Part shown: piece after piece, positions 55,889 through 60,633 of the stretch
Layout: the number at the start of each line of letters is the position of its first letter
Position numbering within the stretch: the stretch's first letter is position 1
NCBI GenBank assembly: GCA_002269645.1
Contig: NIVC01002051.1
Coordinates: 1-60,633, forward strand
Reading direction: 5' to 3'
DNA: 60,633 nucleotides
Source: Macrostomum lignano
Lineage: Eukaryota
Notes under the pieces: generated by a model
What the model was told of the DNA's origin: nothing
Seen by the model: only the letters and a program-made list of their open reading frames with translations
Databases searched by the model: none
Translations under genes and position numbers: made by a program

Positions 55889-56534
55889 ACACAAATCCCA
55901 CACTGAATCTCCCAGCTCCCTTCTACAGGATCCCACACTGAATCTCCCAGCTCCCTTCTACAGGATCCCACACCGAATCTCCCAGTTCCCTTCTACAGGA
56001 TCCCACACCGAATCTCCCAGCTCCCTTCTACAGGATCCCACACTGAATCTCCCAGCTCCCTTCTACAGGATCCCACACTGAATCTCCCAGCTCCCTTCTA
56101 CAGGATCCCACACCGAATCTCCCAGCTCCCTTCTACAGGATCCCACACCGAATCTCCCAGTTCCCTTCTACAGGATCCCACACCGAATCTCCCAGCTCCC
56201 TTCTACAGGATCCCACACCGAATCTCCCAGTTCCCTTCTACAGGATCCCACACCGAATCTCCCAGCTCCCTTCTACAGGATCCCACACCGAATCTCCCAG
56301 CTCCCTTCTACAGGATCCCACACCGAATCTCCCAGTTCCCTTCTACAGGATCCCACACCGAATCTCCCAGCTCCCTTCTACAGGATCCCACACTGAATCT
56401 CCCAGCTCCCTTCTACAGGATCCCACACCGAATCTCCCAGCTCCCTTCTACAGGATCCCACACTGAATCTCCCAGCTCCCTTCTACAGGATCCCACACTG
56501 AATCTCCCAGCTCCCTTCTACAGGATCCCACACT
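55889..56534. repeat. 35-bp minisatellite, about 18 copies, in the GPCR intron
   Basis: ACAGGATCCCACACYGAATCTCCCAGYTCCCTTCT. Confidence 0.97.
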
Positions 56535-57228
56535 TTAAGTTAACTTGCAGGATTGCCTCCCCGGCAGAAGTTAAACAAATTTTAAAAGTACTTTAGCCTG
56601 TAGTTTGATTTCTGTCGCGTTAAACTTAGCCAAAAGAAGGAATTCGCAGTCCCAGCTCTGCCCGGCAATAAAAAATTAGTTTGTCATTTTTCCACTGGCA
56701 TTCCATTTTTTATGCTTCCAGTCGCACCCCTCCCCCTCAGCCGGTTGCTTCGGATTCCCGACAGTCCGCTTCAATCTGCGTCAGGCCGCACGGACAGCCG
56801 GGCCTCCTCCATCGATCCTGCTGCAGCCTCGCCAGTTCCTTTTCCCGTGTCGCTGGGCCGGGGAGCCCCAACCCCCCGCCTAAAAAACCCAGGAGCCTCA
56901 GTAAGCGATTGCAACCTGCTTAACTTGGTTGCGCACGGGTAGAGTGATGAAATTATCAAGTCAGTGCCTGCTGATAGCCAGCTGAATGCTTTGATCTCCC
57001 ACACTTTTCCGGCGGAAACACGTTTGCTGCGCTAAGTTGCCGACACCTAAAACCTGCTTGCTAATCTTTCTAATTTTTTATCAATTTCTTCTTTTGCTTC
57101 TTTGTAATCCTTGATTACATCTTTTATATTTTTCCTATTCAATCTTTGTCAGCTAGTTCGCAAAGACCATTTACTGCCGAACCTTAACGCTAATCCCTAA
57201 CCCTAAATTCAACATAGCCTAAACCTTA

Positions 57229-57540
57229 GGGGAGCCCGTAGCCCAGTGGCCGAGCGCGGCGCTCTGGTGTACCAGCAACCCAGGCTCGATTCCAAGTGCA
57301 GTCGCATTAATTTGGGGCTGAATTGGAATCTCGGCTTGGCTCTGCTCTTGCAATTAACGGCCTTGAGAGCCAACCTCCCAAGGCACAGTGAAGTGTACAT
57401 GCCTAACGATAAATAAAGTTAGGGCCGCTGTACACTCCTGTGTGAGTGTGTGCCTGCTCAGAGGAGTCGGCGGAATGGGCAGTAATGCCTCTCGCCGGTT
57501 GTGTGACAATGTCGCTTAAAGTGCGCCAGGGTGCACACAA
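57229..57540 (+). mobile_element. tRNA-derived SINE
   Basis: Pol III A box TAGCCCAGTGG (57239-57249) and B-box-like GGCTCGATTCC (57283-57293), followed by a non-tRNA body. Flanked on both sides by degenerate CCTAAC-like repeats. Confidence 0.65.
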
Positions 57541-58069
57541 CCCCCCTGCCTCTAATCAAAGAATAACTGAAACCCCAACCTAAACATATAACCTAAGCCA
57601 TATCCTGGACCCTAATCCAAAATGAAAGTGGCTGCCCTCGCAAATTTCGGTTATCTCTCTGCTTTTAATAATTTATCCATTCCTGCGTGATCCTTTACTT
57701 GGCCCATTAAGCTAATAAAAGAGTCAGTGCCAACTCATATTTCCCGAACTTAAGCTGGAGGGGTGTCGAGCCGGTCTTCCCAGCCCTTCTTTCAAAGCCA
57801 GTCTCAGCCTCTTTTGCACATTTCTGAGTCCTATAACTCCCACTCAAGCAAAAGTTTTTTTTGAGTCCGCATTTCGTGCGACTCCGACTTTTAGACTAGT
57901 TGGTCTGGCTGCTATTCTCATTCCAGCTCAGAGAGATGTCTTCAGTCTCCTCTCAACTGCTGCCGTGTGCATCCCCTAGGGGATCCAGTTTCAAAAGAAT
58001 TGATTCAAGTATCACGATATGCCCTTCCCGTCTTCTAGTAGGCGTTCCAGTCGGGCTCGCTAAACTCAA

Positions 58070-59042
58070 GGCTGAGACACCTCTGCAATGTGCAGGAGGG
58101 GCTGAGACACCTCGCAATGTGCTGAGACACCTCTGCAAGGGGCTGAGACACCACTGCAATGTGCGGGAGGGCTGAGACACCTCTGCAATGTGCGGGAGGG
58201 GCTGAGACACCTCTGCAATGTGCAGGAGGGGCTGAGACACCTCTGCAATGTGCGGGAGGGGCTGAGACACCTCTGCAATGTGCGGAGGGGCTGAGACACC
58301 TCTGCAATGTGCGGGAGGGGCTGAGACACCTCTGCAATGTGCGGGAGGGGCTGAGACACCTCTGCAATGTGCAGGAGGGGCTGAGACACCTCTGCAATGT
58401 GCGGGAGGGCTGAGACACCACTGCAATGTGCGGGGGGGCTGAGACACCTCTGCAATGTGGCAGGAGGGCTGAGACACCTCTGCAATCTGCGGGAGGGCTG
58501 AGACACCTCTGCAATCTGCGGGAGGGGCTGAGACACCACTGCAATGCTTGGGAAGGGGCTGAGACACCTCTGCAATGTGCGGGAGGGGCTGAGACACCTC
58601 TGCAATGTGCGGGAGGGCTGAGACACCTCTGCAATGTGCGGGAGGGGCTGAGACACCTCTGCAATGTGCAGGAGGGGCTGAGAACATCTGCAATCTGCGG
58701 GAGGGGCTGAGACACCACTGCAATGCTTGGAGGGGCTGAGACACCTCTGCAATGTGCGGGAGGGGCTGAGACACCTCTGCAATGTGCGGGAGGGCTGAGA
58801 CACCACTGCAATGCTTGGGAGGGGCTGAGACACCACTGCAATGCTTGGGAGGGCTGAGACACCTCTGCAATGTGCGGGAGGGGCTGAGACACCTCTGCAA
58901 TGTGCGGGAGGGGCTGAGACACCTCTGCAATGTGCGGGAGGGGCTGAGAACACCTCTGCAATGTGCGGGAGGGGCTGAGACACCTCTGCAATGTGCGGGA
59001 GGGCTGAGACACCTCTGCAATGTGGGAGGGGCTGAGACACCC
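58070..59042. repeat. 30-31 bp minisatellite, about 31 copies
   Basis: GCTGAGACACCTCTGCAATGTGCGGGAGGG(G). Confidence 0.97.
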
Positions 59043-59749
59043 AATGTCGGAAATCGCGCAGTTCAACTGTTAAATTGCGGTGGCCATTTTGCTCTGTCGG
59101 TCAGCGCTATCGGCGGTACAGCAGCATTGACGCGCGAGGCTGAGTCCCTGTGTCCCGTCCTGCGCTTCCCTCGAGCCTCGAGCTCCAGTTTTCCCTGGGG
59201 AAATTGAGAATTCCTCTCTTCCTGTCAAGCCTCCGGACAGTCGAAAACTTATTTTCTGAGCTGCGGAATATTTTAAAATGGGCTCTCAACGTCGAATGCT
59301 GCAACTGCCGACAGGGATTTGGGATTCCCAGATTTGCTGCGGCTGCTGCTGTAGCCAGCTGCCTGGCGGGATGAGATAGCGTGAGCGACCCCGCTTATCA
59401 TATAGGGCATCAATAGGCGAGCCGATGAAGTGCGCCGCACCCTTGCGGGAGGCTGGGGGCAATCGGGGGGGGTCAACGGCCAGGTGAGAGCGTCAGCTGG
59501 GACGATGAATTTCCGTCTCCTTGTTTTGGGGGCCGCCCATTTGCTGTCAATCTTTTTGAAACAGTCTGGCATGCCAGAGAGGATTAGCTAAATATGTGGA
59601 TTAACGAATTGATGAAAAATATGCACAGGTGTGCACAGCGGGCCCGGCTGTCTGCACAACAAATTTATTTTGGGGCCGGGCGGGGCAGCTGAAATCGAAA
59701 GGGCAAGGCTGAGGAAAGAAAATTCAGATGAGAATGATTGGTGAAAACC

Positions 59750-60633
59750 TGAAAATGATAGATCAGAGAGAAAAGACAGAGGGTACGAATTAGATCAGGA
59801 GAGGTGACGGGTGAGAAAGACAAGAGAGAAGAAGACAGAGTACGAATAGATCAGGCAGAGGGGGTGACGGGGTGAGAATCAAAGAAGAATACAGAGGGTA
59901 GAATAGATCAGGCAGAGGGGTACGTGGTGAGAATAGATCAAGAGAAGCAGTACGTAATAGATCAGGCAGAGGGGTGACGGTGAGAATAGATCAGAGAGAA
60001 GTAGACAGAGGTACGAATAGATCAGGCAGAGGGGTGACGGGGTGAGAATAGATCAGAGAAAGAAGACAGAGGGTACGAATAGATCAGGCAGAGGGGTGAC
60101 GGTGAGAATAGATCAGAGAGAAGAAGACAGAGGGTACGAATAGATCAGCAGAGGGGTGACAGGGTGAGAATAGATCAGAGAGAAGTAGACAGAGGGTACG
60201 AATAGATCAGGCAGAGGGTTGACGGGTGTGAGAATAGATCAGAGAGAAGTAGACAGAGGGTACGAATAGATCAGGAGAGGGTGACAGGTGAGAATAGATC
60301 AGAGAGAAAGACAGAGTACGAATAGATCAGCAGAGGGTGACGGGTGAGAATAGATCAGAGAGAAAGACAGAGGTACAAATAAGACAGGCAGAGGGTGACA
60401 GGGTGAGAATAATCAGAGAGAAGAAGACAGAGGTACGAATAGATCAGCAGAGGTGACAGGGGTGAGAATAGATCAGAGAGAAAAGACAGAGTACGAATAG
60501 ATCAGCAGAGGGGTGACGGGGTGAGAATAGATCAGAGAGAAGTAGACAGAGGGTACGAATAGATCAGGCAGAGGGGTGACGGGTGAGAATAGATCAGAGA
60601 GAAGAAGACAGGTACGAATAGATCAGCAGAGGG
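59750..60633. repeat. ~60-62 bp purine-rich tandem repeat (two AATAGATCAG sub-units per monomer), continuing past the window end
   Basis: GTACGAATAG at 60011, 60073 and 60134; many small indels. Confidence 0.93.

Noticed and set aside
57232-57303. Functional tRNA gene
   Set aside because: A/B boxes are present, but I could not fold a convincing acceptor stem or anticodon arm, and it continues into a repeat body.
56681-59572. Short ORFs at 56.7-57.0 kb and 59.1-59.6 kb as upstream GPCR exons
   Set aside because: No hydrophobic transmembrane segments or family motifs.

Overview
Eukaryotic (metazoan) genomic DNA that is extremely repeat-rich. It has GT-AG introns, TTAGGG-like repeats and GC-rich coding islands; the style suggests an invertebrate such as a macrostomid flatworm, which is an inference only. 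Left to right: (1) a nearly full-length minus-strand LOA/R1-group non-LTR retrotransposon (ORF1; ORF2 = APE-RT-RNase H-CCHC) broken only by 1-bp deletions; (2) an RTE-like RT relic split by a hAT-type MITE; (3) a compact gene encoding a single TDRD7-like extended LOTUS domain plus a Q/R/G-rich tail and no Tudor domains; (4) the last two exons of an SLC22-type transporter; (5) a 34.5-kb nested structure at 17.5-51.9 kb; (6) a cluster of unrelated minisatellites, a hAT MITE, a tRNA-derived SINE and the last exon of a Srw/myosuppressin-receptor-like peptide GPCR. In the nested structure, a small Helentron/DINE-1-like shell has an expanded (GACA)n tract. That tract holds two head-to-tail copies of a 13.7/15.0-kb element with 16-bp terminal inverted repeats. 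About 80% of each copy is a 238-bp satellite built from a degenerate copy of the element's own end motif and bracketed by minus-strand splice signals. The top candidates for novelty are this microsatellite-embedded, satellite-carrying element system and the LOTUS-only gene. Many 1-bp indels look like long-read consensus errors, so frameshift and duplication claims need checking against reads.
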